This document shows positions 12,374 to 26,709 of a DNA stretch of 64,000 bases, in pieces. The translations under genes were made by a program, and so were the position numbers. How positions within the stretch are numbered: position 1 is the first letter of the stretch; every line of letters starts with the position of its first letter. The notes beneath the pieces were generated by a model, which saw only the letters and a list, made by a program, of their open reading frames with translations, was not told the origin of the DNA and made no database searches. Source of the DNA: Macrostomum lignano (Eukaryota); the NCBI GenBank assembly GCA_002269645.1, contig NIVC01001224.1:1-64000 (forward strand). Direction: 5' to 3'.

Positions 12374-13394
12374 AGCCGTTCCTGCTGCCGAGCGCCAGGT
12401 CCTGGCCGACCTGGAGGTGCTCGCCGAAGCCGTGACGCTGCGCGACCGCCTCGGCGTTGGTCAGTACGGCGAAGTCCGCCTCGTCGACTGGCGGCCCGCG
12501 CCAGCCTCCGCTCCGGTGCCGGCTGCCGCGAAGATTCTGCGACCGGACGCCGGCGCCCAGGCTCGGCGCGACTTCCGCCGGGAGACTCGGCTGCTGGCGC
12601 GCCTGCGCGATCCCAACATTGTCCGCCTGCTGGCCGTGGTGTCCGAGTCGATGGCCAACGGTGACGGTACGACGACGGCGACGGCGAGACGGCGACAAAC
12701 GATGCTGCTGGTTGAGTTCGCGGAGTTCGGCGACCTGCATCAGCTGCTGCTGCGCCGGACACCGGCCGAGGCCTTGGACAGCCCGGCCAAGTGCCACGGC
12801 TGCCTGGTGCACCTGGCCAGTCAGGTTGCCAGCGGCATGAAGTACTTGGAGGCCATGCAGGTTGCCCACCGGGATCTGGCCTGTCGCAACTGCCTGCTGG
12901 GCGCCGGCTGCCAGGTGAAAATCTGCGACTTCGGCATGTCCAGGCCGCTGTACTCGGCCAGCTACTGTCGGGTGAACGTCGCCGGCGACGGCGCGTCCAA
13001 CGCCGGGGCGACTGTCGCCCTGCCAGTCCGCTGGATGTCCTGGGAGGCGGCTCTGCACGGCCGGTTCTCCAGTCGTAGCGACGCCTGGAGCTTCGCCGTG
13101 CTCCTGTGGGAGCTGCTGACCTTCTGCCGGGAGCTGCCGCTGGCTCAGCTCACCGACCAGCAGGTGGTTGAGAACTGCCGCCGGGTCATGGATGGCGAGC
13201 AGAGCGCGCTGCGACCGTCCAGACCGACGGACTGCCAGCGAGAGCTGTACGACCTCATGAGCGAGTGCTGGCAGCGGGACGAGAGCCGGCGGCCGCGGTT
13301 CCGCGAGATGCACCTGTTCTTGAGGCGCAAGTGCATCGGCTTCTGCGCCGAGACAGACTGGCTGATGCGACACCTGACTCTGGCGGACGGCTGA
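2598..13394 (+). CDS. DDR: Discoidin domain receptor tyrosine kinase, 5'-incomplete; exons 2598-2705, 3391-4069, 10185-11303, 12280-13394
   Basis: Discoidin and DS-like domains (GEF..YR..LVKGNSD..PLVASQIRMYP, GLGQLTD), a TM helix LAYIALI..GLFCI followed by RRRR, and a juxtamembrane IQG-CTGTAVYA resembling DDR LQGVTGGNTY. Kinase motifs are GVGQYG, HRDLACRN, DFGMSR and LPVRWMSWE. All splice phases match. The signal peptide and start were not found. Confidence 0.88.
2706..3210. repeat. 10-bp tandem array (GGGTTCACCT)n in a DDR intron
   Basis: Visible periodicity starting at the donor GTGAGTTCACCT. Confidence 0.95.
4078..4632. repeat. 8/16-bp tandem array (CTCTGATC and CTCTGCTG units)
   Basis: Visible periodicity starting within about 10 bp of the donor at 4070. 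Confidence 0.95.
4635..4873. repeat. 33-bp tandem array, 7 copies (ATTCCCCTCAAGTAGGGACGCTACCACTCTCCG)
   Basis: Unit starts at 4635, 4668 and onward, head-to-tail with no spacers. Confidence 0.95.
6765..6915 (+). repeat. Three tandem 52-55 bp units, each starting with the P-like terminus CAAGGACTACT
   Basis: CAAGGACTACT occurs at 6765, 6817 and 6872. Confidence 0.7.
7877..9046. repeat. 30-31 bp minisatellite (GAGAGGATTTCAGAATTGGGAATTCTATTT)
   Basis: Period of 30 seen at 7881 and 7911; roughly 38 copies. Confidence 0.95.
9750..10175. repeat. 6-bp microsatellite (CATACT/CATGCT) abutting the acceptor at 10184
   Basis: Visible periodicity; it produces the spurious His/Met-rich ORFs. Confidence 0.95.
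11356..12181. repeat. 22-23 bp minisatellite with two sub-domains, in a DDR intron
   Basis: About 16 copies of GCACACAGGGAGACTGTAGATT, then GCACACAAGGACACAGT(T)AGATT variants. Confidence 0.95.
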
Positions 13395-13445
13395 GCATGA
13401 AGGAGAGGCGTATCTATGACATAGTGGGATGACAAAGGGTTATTT

Positions 13446-13760
13446 CTAAGGGTATCTGAGCATATTGAAAAAAACGGGTATTTCTAAGGGTACCTGAGTA
13501 CAATCACTAAGGGGCATTTCTAAGGGTACCTGAGTACAATCACTAAGGGGTATTTCTAAGGGTACCTGAGTACAATCACTAAGGGGTATTTTCAAGGGTA
13601 CCTGAGTACAATCACTAAGGGGTATTTTCAAGGGTACCTGAGCAAATTGAAAAAAACGGGTATTTCTAAGGGTACCTGAGTGTATTGACGAAGGGTGCCT
13701 GAACATGATGAAAAATGGGTATTTCTAAGGGTACCTGGGCATAATGTCGAAGGGGTATTT
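13446..13760. repeat. 36-bp minisatellite just 3' of the DDR stop codon
   Basis: GGGTACCTGA at 13488 and 13524; the edges are degenerate. Confidence 0.9.
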
Positions 13761-14496
13761 CAATTTGTAACCTAAGCATGATGATACATGTGCATGCGTA
13801 AGTACAAGTACACTTTTGAAGTACATGTAGATAACCGAGCATGAATAACAAAGGTGTTATTTCTTAAGAGCTTTTACACGCGATGATAATGTAAATTACT
13901 TGTATTTTATGTACCTGAACATGATGTCAAAGGTGTAGTTCTCTAGTATAGATTGGTATGAGGATGTCCCGGCAAACACTGTCTGTTCAGTCATTCCAGA
14001 GTCGCTAGTCAGATGTCTTAAATAAGGCAGCCTGGAAGAGATTAATGCAGCCATGCAATTTACTTGCGCTATTAACTTTGTGATTCTGATTGTTCCACCA
14101 TGACAAAATGATGTACACAATTTATGCACACTCTTAATTTCATAATTCTACCTGACATTTAAAAAAATTGGTAAAAAAACAATTACAGAAATTTTCCGTT
14201 GTAAATCTGAAATTTATTGTCTTTTTGTTCAAACTGTTTCCATATCATCTTACTAGCAGTAGACGCTATTGAAAATTGTTGTACCTGTCTGGATTTTTTT
14301 GTTAATTATGCTCGCAACTTTCCGGAGTAATTCGAAGCAATCTTGTGACTATAATTATCTGCGTCTCGCGTTTCTATGCGCAGAGCAATGCAATAAATTT
14401 GCGGCAAGTTGGGTGCGACTTGTCACCGCTAGTGCACTGCAAAATCGCTGATTTTGGGTTTTTCTTCAGCATAATAATTTTATACTTAAACATATT

Positions 14497-14640
14497 CTCA
14501 TACCTGAGCATGTTCTCACACATGAGCATGTTCTCATGTCTAAGCATGTTCTCATACCTGAGCATGTTCTCACACATGACCATGTTCTCATACCTGAGTA
14601 TGTTCTCATACCTGAGCATGTTCTCATGCCTGAGCATCTT
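14497..14640. repeat. 18-bp tandem array (CATACCTGAGCATGTTCT)
   Basis: Visible periodicity. Confidence 0.9.
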
Positions 14641-15233
14641 CAGACTACGAGCCATTAATTCAACACTATTGTCAATAGCCCTTCTCAGCCATCCATAATT
14701 TATATGTGTGCAATAAATAGAAACAAGAAAGCTTAAACAAGCAACAGACCTGGCTAAACAAAAAAACAGACGATTCAATATGGAACCTTTTGCCATCGGA
14801 GCTCTTTTGCTCTCTCGCTCCGGTTCCGAAGCGAGGTGGAGTGAGCTCAGTGAGTGAGCACAAACACACAGGGCGCAATCCTAGAATTCAGGATCCTGCT
14901 TTCTGATAAGAAGGCTTCATACCGTACTTCATTTTTTCTCCCCCCCCCCTCTAACCCGCGGGTTTTACAATTGTCGCTGCCCGCGTGTTAGTTACTTATT
15001 ATTTCTGCCAAAATTGCCCGTGACGAAGTTCTCAAAAGCTATTTTTAGACAATAGAACGAGGATCGTACAGAGGAGAGGGGTGAATTAAGCTCAAAGCCT
15101 GAGGCTGAGTGCTGAGTTTCACAAGCCCCATTGTACCTCTCATGCATAAAAACAAACCAGGGCAGATAAACAGCATTCAAGAAGCGTAATAGTGCTGTCC
15201 GCAGGCTGCCTTGAGAATTCATAGCCGAACAGG

Positions 15234-18638
<3,405 letters not shown>

Positions 18639-19061
18639 CCTCATAGACGCAGTGCTGTTTGAAATCTAAAAAAATTGACCAGGCCTACATTTTACTAAGT
18701 AGCATGTTTAGTATATAACACTATTTTTTGTACAAAATGAAATCACAGGAGATTCAGTCTGTTTAGACCGTCTGTGCTTCCGTGTCGCGGCCACTTTTAT
18801 GCCTAGCAGCTTGTTACCGCTCTTTAACATTTTACATATACAAGCGTATGCAGTTTTATTAGCTGATTTTCAGCGCGACAACCAAATTAATTGCGCAGTA
18901 CGCAGTAGAGAGCGGTAAATTTTTTACTTGTGAACATATAATCCGCATCATTTTCTGATAATTATACTAGGTGTAAAAAATATAATTTTACCGATGCCAA
19001 ACTCACTGTGAAGTGAAGTGCCACTTTTAGCGGCATACCGTGATGTTTTAAAATTTATGAC

Positions 19062-19376
19062 CGAGGGCCTGGACCAAAGATCGTGCCATTTTGAAGGCCT
19101 GTTTCCTGGAAAAAATACACTGCGGAGATAGGAAAATTACTTTTTTCATCACAAAATCAATTATTTTATTTGATCTATTCTTTAAATTCTTTAGTTAATT
19201 TAGCATATACAGCGCATGTTACGAGCTACTAAAAATGAAAAAATGTTCATAATGTTCTTAACAATCTTCACTGCCCAGATCAAATGCAATCGTTGATTTT
19301 ATAGCTTAGAAAGAAAGGCCTCCAAAAGTGCACGATCATAGTTTGACATTTTATACTACGAGTACAGTGGTCCTTG
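19062..19376. mobile_element. P-family MITE, 315 bp, 8-bp TSD TTTATGAC
   Basis: TTTATGAC at 19054-19061 and 19377-19384. The right end ..GTGGTCCTTG is the reverse complement of CAAGGACCAC; the left end is degenerate. A subterminal inverted repeat GATCGTGC..AGGCCT is present, and internal sequence is shared with 45182-45869. Confidence 0.72.
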
Positions 19377-19488
19377 TTTATGACCTTGCGTGGTTTAGAT
19401 TACTGGTTTGATTACGCTAAGAACTCGGTATGCCTTGCTAGGATATCGTTGGGATATGTTCCTTGGGTGAATTTAGTATTAAATAATG

Positions 19489-19715
19489 GGCTCACGACTG
19501 AAAAGTCGGGGGTTCGATTCTCGACCCAACTCGGAACAATTTGTGTCCTTGAGCAAGACACTTAGCTCTGCATTGCTTCAGTTCACCCAGCTGTAAAATG
19601 GGTGCCAGCATTAGCTGTGGTAATTGAGGGTGGCGACCCCCCCCCTCCCCCGGTCCTTGGACTGAACAGCCGTACGCAGCCTTCAGATGCGCCGCACAAT
19701 GGCTGCGGCTGAGTT
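19489..19715 (+). mobile_element. tRNA-derived SINE copy 2 (5'- and 3'-truncated)
   Basis: B-box GGTTCGATTC and the same body as copies 1 and 3. Confidence 0.8.
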
Positions 19716-20984
19716 TCCATTGAAGCAGATTAAACCACATCTCCCTATGTATAGTGAAGCTGGCCTCCCATCAGACAGTTACCAGATTTAGGCTAGGAAA
19801 AGCTCGAAATTCCCATTTCAACTAAGACTTTTGAAGCTCTGCTCTTGGAGCACGGGGAATTTCATGGCCTGCAACTCTACAGGTGAGAGACTGGCCAAGC
19901 CAGCTCATGCAGTGTTGATCCTGCCTTCGATGCTTTCGCTTTTCTCACTGTCTCCCTCTTTGCTCTGCTGTCTCTGTTCTTTGTCGTTCTTCTTTCAATT
20001 GCCACACACGTAGTTTTTGCGCGACGAGCCAGCGCTTCATTGCCTGCGCATAGCAACCCCCCCCCCCCGCCGCTGCCATGCTGTGGAACTCGCAGCCAGT
20101 AATACTGGGCAAACACTGATTCTCTTTGTAGGCGAGACTTCAAGCAAGAATTGTATAAAAATGCTATCTGTACTCTACCGAAACTGCAACACTCCTATAG
20201 CTATGAATTGAGTGGAATTCATTTTATGTTAGTTCATAGCTGCAATTTTAGAATTGGAAATGGTGAGTTACGATAAAATATCTTGCTATTAAATGATTTG
20301 GGCATTGCATGTGCTCAATTAGACTCGTTGAATTTCAGGTTAAGACCGTGCTCAAATCCGAAATACCCCCTTCTCAATACAGATAAGAGTCAGATAGCAG
20401 TGTTGCACATGGACAGCTGTACGATTTTCAACTAAATAAGTAACTGAAAAAGAATTGCGTTTTTATCGCATAGAGCTACTGAATCCGCAGAAGAATAACA
20501 AATTAGTATTGCCTCGGATTATTTATTAGCTGATGGGAAGATTATGGAGAGCATAGAGGAGTGGCAGAGGAAGAGAGGTTGGGACAGGGAGAGAGAGAGA
20601 GAGGCTACAGCTCCCTGCAGACCAATAGCAGTTTAGACTTCAAGGCCTTGCACGTGCCTTGACTGTGCACTGTTCTTGTTGTTGGGCGGAGACTATACTC
20701 AGCCTGCCAGCACGGAGTGTGCGCTTATTGCTCATGCGGACACTGAAGTTTCTCAGTGCAGCGACCGAGGTACAGTGCCGGATCAATACCACTGGCTGTA
20801 CAGTTACTGATGGCGACTGCGAGGGGGGATTTTTCAGTATTTGCGACAGCTATAGAATAGTATAGCGTTGCTCCTCCTCCCAATGCGGTTAGCGCCGCCA
20901 GCCAGCTAACTGAATTGGCGTTTGGGGAAGCCTTGGAATAGCTACGCTCGTATTTGGTATCAAGTTCATCCATCTCTGTCGGCC

Positions 20985-21078
20985 TATATAAGGACCCGGC
21001 ATCTAATTAGCTGCTCTAATACTTTTTCATCTATACTCCCAGTCGCGGCCCTCACACGCAGCTCATACAGGCGTAAGT
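20985..21078 (+). promoter_or_regulatory. TATA box and probable non-coding first exon of the CAP gene
   Basis: TATATAAG at 20985-20992 and a strong donor GTAAGT at 21073. The next acceptor, at 22540-22541, precedes the ATG. Confidence 0.5.
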
Positions 21079-21177
21079 GACCGAAATTTAATTTATTTTG
21101 GGTTTGTGTCAAAATATTTGATTGAATTCTATTGATTTTTTGGATTTGAGTAGTTGAGTATTTATGAGTGAGGCTCA

Positions 21178-22468
21178 CTGTCCCTCGGTTTGAGAACCGC
21201 ATGTAGAGTTACCTCTCAGTTTGAGTATCGCATGAAGAGTTACCTCTCGGTTTGAGTATCGCATGTAGAGTTACCTCTCGGTTTGAGTACCGCATGTAGA
21301 GTTACCTCTCGGTTTGAGTATCGCATGAAGAGTTACCTCTCGGTTTGAGTATCGCATGTAGAGTTACCTCTCGGTTTGAGTACCGCATGTAGAGTTACCT
21401 CTCGGTTTGAGTATCGCATGAAGAGTTACCTCTCGGTTTGAGTATCGCATGTAGAGTTACCTCTCGGTTTGAGTATCGCATGAAGAGTTACCTCTCAGTT
21501 TGAGTATCGCATGTAGAGTTACCTCTCGGTTTGAGTACCGCATGTAGAGTTACCTCTCGGTTTGAGTATCGCATGAAGAGTTACCTCTCGGTTTGAGTAT
21601 CGCATGTAGAGTTACCTCTCGGTTTGAGTGCCACATGTAGAGTTACCTCTCGGTTTGAGTATCGCATGAAGAGTTACCTCTCGGTTTGAGTATCGCATGT
21701 AGAGTTACCTCTCGGTTTGAGTGCCACATGTAGAGTTACCTCTCGGTTTGAGTATCGCATGAAGAGTTACCTCTCGGTTTGAGTATCGCATGTAGAGTTA
21801 CCTCTCGGTTTGAGTGCCACATGTAGAGTTACCTCTCGGTTTGAGTATCGCATGTAGAGTTACCTCTCGGTTTGAGTACCGCATGTAGAGTTACCTCTCG
21901 GTTTGAGTATCGCATGTAGAGTTACCTCTCGGTTTGAGTACCGCATGTAGAGTTACCTCTCGGTTTGAGTATCGCATGAAGAGTTACCTCTCGGTTTGAG
22001 TATCGCATGAAGAGTTACCTCTCGGTTTGAGTATCGCATGAAGAGTTACCTCTCGGTTTGAGTATCGCATGTAGAGTTACCTCTCGGTTTGAGTATCGCA
22101 TGTAGAGTTACCTCTCGGTTTGAGTGCCACATGTAGAGTTACCTCTCGGTTTGAGTATCGCATGAAGAGTTACCTCTCGGTTTGAGTATCGCATGTAGAG
22201 TTACCTCTCGGTTTGAGTGCCACATGTAGAGTTACCTCTCGGTTTGAGTATCGCATGTAGAGTTACCTCTCGGTTTGAGTGCCACATGTAGAGTTACCTC
22301 TCGGTTTGAGTATCGCATGTAGAGTTACCTCTCGGTTTGAGTGCCACATGTAGAGTTACCTCTCGGTTTGAGTACCGCATGTAGAGTTACCTCTCGGTTT
22401 GAGTGCCACATGTAGAGTTACCTCTCGGTTTGAGTGCCACATGTAGAGTTACCTGTCGGTTTGAGTAT
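21178..22468. repeat. 31-bp minisatellite, about 41 copies with interspersed variants
   Basis: TAGAGTTACCTCTCGGTTTGAGTATCGCATG, period 31. Confidence 0.95.
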
Positions 22469-22553
22469 CGTGTGGGCACTTGACAACTGACTTTTATTAT
22501 CACATCACATCGCCTTCCACCTGGTACTTTCCAATATGCAGACCAAAGCCAGG

Positions 22554-23295
22554 ATGGAGCAGTTCATCAAGGAGATCCTGGACTCGCACAATGCTTACCG
22601 GAAGCGGCACCAGGCGCCGGCTCTGCGACTCAGCCAGGACCTGACCGAGTCCGCCCAGAGCTGGGCTGAGCATATTGCCGGCAACGACAAGCTCGAGCAC
22701 GATACCCAGTGCCAGAAGGACAAAATTGGCGAGAATGTGGCCATGAAGTACAGCTCCGTACACAGCGACTTTCCGGGTTAGTTAACTTGCGCTGATAGCT
22801 ACTAACAATAGTAGAGTGTGTGCTAGATTCATATGACTTTCTATGCGAGCAAATGTTAACATTCTCAGGCAACCTGTTTACCGACTATTGGTACCGAGAA
22901 ATTGAGGACTACAATTTTGAGGGGAATGTCGAGGACCAGATTCAGTGCGGTGAGTGCTCGGAGGCTGGGAGGGAGGATCTGGGAGGGCGGCAGCGGCCCA
23001 CCAACTGAGGATCTGGGAGGCTGGCCCAGCAACTGAGGATCTGGGAGGTTGGCGGTGGGATGGTGTCACATTTAATTACAACCGGCTGCTCTCCATTCTT
23101 ACGACAGGCCACTTCACCCAGGTGGTGTGGAAAGCCTCAGAGGAGGTCGGCTTTGGCCGGGCCGTGTCCAAATCTGGCCGAGTGTACGTGGTTGGCCGCT
23201 ACCGGCCGGCCGGAAATTACATGGGCGAGTTCGGCAAGAACGTCCTGCCGCCGGCTGATGGCAAGATCGTGCTGCCCGAGACGGAACAGGGTTAG
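22554..23295 (+). CDS. GLIPR2: GAPR-1/GLIPR2-like CAP (SCP/TAPS) protein; exons 22554-22776, 22869-22949, 23108-23295
   Basis: HNAYRKRH, GENVA, WYREIEDYNF, GHFTQVVWK and YRPAGNY..NVLPP. Two phase-1 introns match. The 3' end could instead splice at 23291. There is no signal peptide. Confidence 0.88.
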
Positions 23296-23361
23296 TGCGG
23301 TCAGCCTGTTGGCTGTCAGCAGTGAACCAGCATTGTACTTTTAAAATTCAAACTCACCGAT

Positions 23362-23996
23362 GTCTCAGCATCCCCTATACTCTCTCAGCATCCCCTATCC
23401 CCTCTCAGCATCCCCTATCCCCTCTCAGCATCCCCTATCCTCTCTCAGCATCCCCTATCCCCTCTCAGCATCCCCTATCCTCTCTCAGCATCCCCTATCC
23501 CCTCTCAGCATCCCCTATCCCCTCTCAGCATCCCCTATCCCCTCTCAGCATCCCCTATCCCCTCTCAGCATCCCCTATCCCCTCTTAGCATCCCCTATCC
23601 CCTCTCAGCATCCCCTATCCCCTCTCAGCATCCCCTATCCCCTCTTAGCATCCCCTATCCCCTCTCAGCATCCCCTATCCCCTCTCAGCATCCCCTATCC
23701 CTCTCAGCATCCCCTATCCCCTCTCAGCATCCCCTATCCCCTCTCAGCATCCCCTATCCCCTCTCAGCATCCCCTATCCCCTCTCAGCATCCCCTATCCC
23801 CTCTCAGCATCCCCTATCCCCTCTCAGCATCCCCTATCCCCTCTCAGCATCCCCTATCCCCTCTCAGCATCCCCTATCCCCTCTCAGCATCCCCTATCCC
23901 CTCTCAGCATCCCCTATCCCCTCTCAGCATCCCCTATCCCCTCTCAGCATCCCCTATCCCCTCTCAGCATCCCCTATCCCCTCTCAGCATCCCCTA
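23362..23996. repeat. 20-bp minisatellite (CCCCTCTCAGCATCCCCTAT) 3' of the CAP gene
   Basis: Visible periodicity; AATAAA follows at 24064-24069. Confidence 0.95.
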
Positions 23997-24394
23997 CACT
24001 ACACTAAGGAGCGAGGCAACACCTACACTAAGGAGCGAGAGACAACCAGCACTGTGCAAGATGAATAAAGGCAATTTGGCAACCATACTGATTCAAGAGT
24101 ATTTGTCATTTAAATTGGCGCCGAAAATTTGTTAGAAGTTAACCAGCTTATTTGGGCATGGGCGATGCTGACTATTATATTGGATAAAATTTCCTACATA
24201 AAATTACTTTACTATAGTATACGAGCTAGAAACCGCTTTTACTGCCTTGCTTTTTACCTAGATATTTTTCGTAGCCAAAATATTGATTATGGCTTAGTCT
24301 ACATTAGTCAATTGGCCTTTCAATAGAGTTACGATTTTTACCATAAACTGTTAAAATACGTATAGGATTCATTTAGTGTGTATCTAAGGTGTGG

Positions 24395-25030
24395 TTAGAG
24401 TTTAGGTTAGGGTTTAGGTTAGGGTTTATGCTAGGGTTTATGCTAGGGTTTAGGTTAGGGCTTAGGTTAGGATAAATTTTTAGTTTAGGGTTTAGGTTTA
24501 GGTTAGGGTTTAGGTTTAGGTTAGGGTTTAGGTTTAGGTTAGGGTTTAGGTTTAGGTTAGGGTTTAGGTTTAGGTTAGGGTTTAGGTTTAGGTTAGGGTT
24601 TAGGTTTAGGTTAGGGTTTAGGTTTAGGTTAGGGTTTAGGTTTAGGTTAGGGTTTAGGTTTAGGTTAGGGTTTAGGTTTAGGTTAGGGTTTAGGTTTAGG
24701 TTAGGGTTTAGGTTTAGGTTAGGGTTTAGGTTTAGGTTAGGGTTTAGGTTTAGGTTAGGGTTTAGGTTTAGGTTAGGGTTTAGGTTTAGGTTAGGGTTTA
24801 GGTTTAGGTTAGGGTTTAGGTTTAGGTTAGGGTTTAGGTTTAGGTTAGGGTTTAGGTTTAGGTTAGGGTTTAGGTTTAGGTTAGGGTTTAGGTTTAGGTT
24901 AGGGTTTAGGTTTAGGTTAGGGTTTAGGTTTAGATAAGGGTTTAGGTTTAAATTTATTGTTTAGGTTTAGGTTAGGGTTTAGGTTTAGATAAGGGTTTAG
25001 GTTTAGGTTAGGCTTTAGGTTAGGATTGGG
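24395..25030 (+). repeat. Interstitial telomere-like array with 18-bp unit TTAGGG-TTTAGG-TTTAGG
   Basis: Exact 18-bp period across about 24490-24930, with degenerate edges. Confidence 0.92.
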
Positions 25031-25724
25031 GTCGGCAGTGTGGCTGACAGTAAATTGCCGCAGACCCATATTTTAATTTTGTGTCTAGTTTAGGTTTTTT
25101 CAAATTTGATTTACTTTATTTTATTTTATTCCAACTGCACGAATTAAATCCCTTATTTATATGTGCTTTATTAGTGGCCTTGCTTTGATGGTGTACCTTT
25201 CAGTAATTAAATTTCTATGAGGTGTGAAATCTACTAATTTTACAACTCTTATTCCCACGCAGATATGGCAACGATTAGGATTTCCGATATTCGCAACGAA
25301 TCGCTTACCAACTGACTCTGCCAAGTTTTTCCACCCGTTTATCTCTATTATTGCTCCGATGTAAAAACTGTTTATCACCGACAAACATTTTTTCTTTGCG
25401 TTCCAGCTAAATAGAACTGCAAGTAGTCTTTTGATTGATAGCTAATATTTTAACTCTGCAAGCTCAGCAATTAGTTGCAAAAAATAAATATGACTGTCAC
25501 AAGTTTATTGCTTAGTGGCTGGCTATCTTAAAACTGCGAATTATCATGACATGTGAGCAGTTGTGTTATTGATCTTATTGGCCTTAGCACTAGCAATTTA
25601 ATATACAATAATTAATATGCAATTTATTATACACTAATTTCCGGAGCACGAGAGTTTCCTACAGCCGAGTTTCCTGTGAAATATTCCCCAGGAGGGTTTC
25701 CCCATATGAGGCTTTCTTCGTAAT

Positions 25725-26100
25725 AGGGTTTCTCGGCAGGGAGGGTTTCCCCGCAGGGAGGGTTTCCCCGCAGGGAGGGTTTCCCCGCAGGGAGGGTTTC
25801 CCCGCAGGGAGGGTTTCCCTGCAGCAGGGTTTCCCCGCAGGGAGGTTTCCCCGCAGGGAGGGTTTCTCGGCAGAGAGGGTTTCCCCCAGGGAGTGTCCCC
25901 GCAGGGAGGGTTTCTCGGCAGGGAGGGTTTCTCGGCAGGGAGGGTTTCTCGGCAGGGAGGGTTTCCCCGCAGGGAGGGTTTCTCGGCAGGGAGGGTTTCT
26001 CGGCAGGGAGGGTTTCTCGGCAGGGAGGGTTTCTCGGCAGGGAGGGTTTCTCGGCAGGGAGGGTTTCTCGGCAGGGAGGCTTTCTCGGCAGGGAGGGTTG
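25725..26100. repeat. 17-bp minisatellite (CAGGGAGGGTTTCTCGG / ..CCCCG)
   Basis: Visible periodicity; it explains the repeat ORFs at 25627-26187. Confidence 0.95.
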
Positions 26101-26709
26101 CACAGGGGTTTCCGCAGGAATATTTTCTTTATTTGCCTGCGATTTGGACCAAACACATTGGTTTAAAAGCTTAAACGTTGAAAACAAATTAGTCTCAATG
26201 AAATTGAATCTTCAACATCAAGCTTCAAAACCTTTGCCCCGTCGCCTTCCTCTCGCTGTCGGCGACCCCTGTCAAACAAATTCAGAAAATTCTCAATTCA
26301 CCTGAAAAAACCAATTCCTGCAATCTCAGCAATTTTACCTGCAGTATTCTCGGGTGAGCCAGCTGAAACTCTGCGTGCAAAGTCAAGCAAACAAAGGCTT
26401 GGATTGTCACAATGTAAAATCCAACAGAAACTTTCTGACGCCGTGTCCAGAGCGCTATGGAATCGGCAAGCAGAAAAGCGGTGCTCAAGTCAGCTGACCA
26501 TCGATCCCCGAGCAAACACCGGCAGTAGCCATGAGCATCAATTTGCGCACCTGCTGGTTGCCAACAAATTCTGTTGCCAAATGTTTGAACGCCGAGTTGC
26601 CAGGTGGTCAAGCAGTCCAGGTGCATAAAAAGCACCCCTGGCCAGCGACCAGAGTCCATCAAGTCCACTCGATTTCTCACTGCCGGACATCCAGACTCTC
26701 TGACTCAAG

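Noticed and set aside
12246-13373. Long antisense ORFs (also 3337-4017, 10469-10972, 26677-27540, 42106-42594)
   Set aside because: These are shadows of GC-rich sense exons that have clear protein motifs.
23360-24007. Repeat-derived ORFs (also 4088-4645, 7905-9030, 11292-12215, 25627-26187, 42980-43807, 55260-55727, 56040-56709, 60995-61228)
   Set aside because: They are periodic translations of tandem arrays, open in several frames, with no splice or domain support.
24395-25030. True telomere or chromosome end
   Set aside because: It is flanked by unique sequence and genes on both sides, and only one hexamer in three is TTAGGG.
25280-26372. Minus-strand mini-exons (EFQLAHPRILQ at 26339-26370; NGWKNLAESV, death-domain-like, near 25310-25345)
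   Set aside because: Donor sites are plausible, but the pieces are too short and cannot be joined or assigned.
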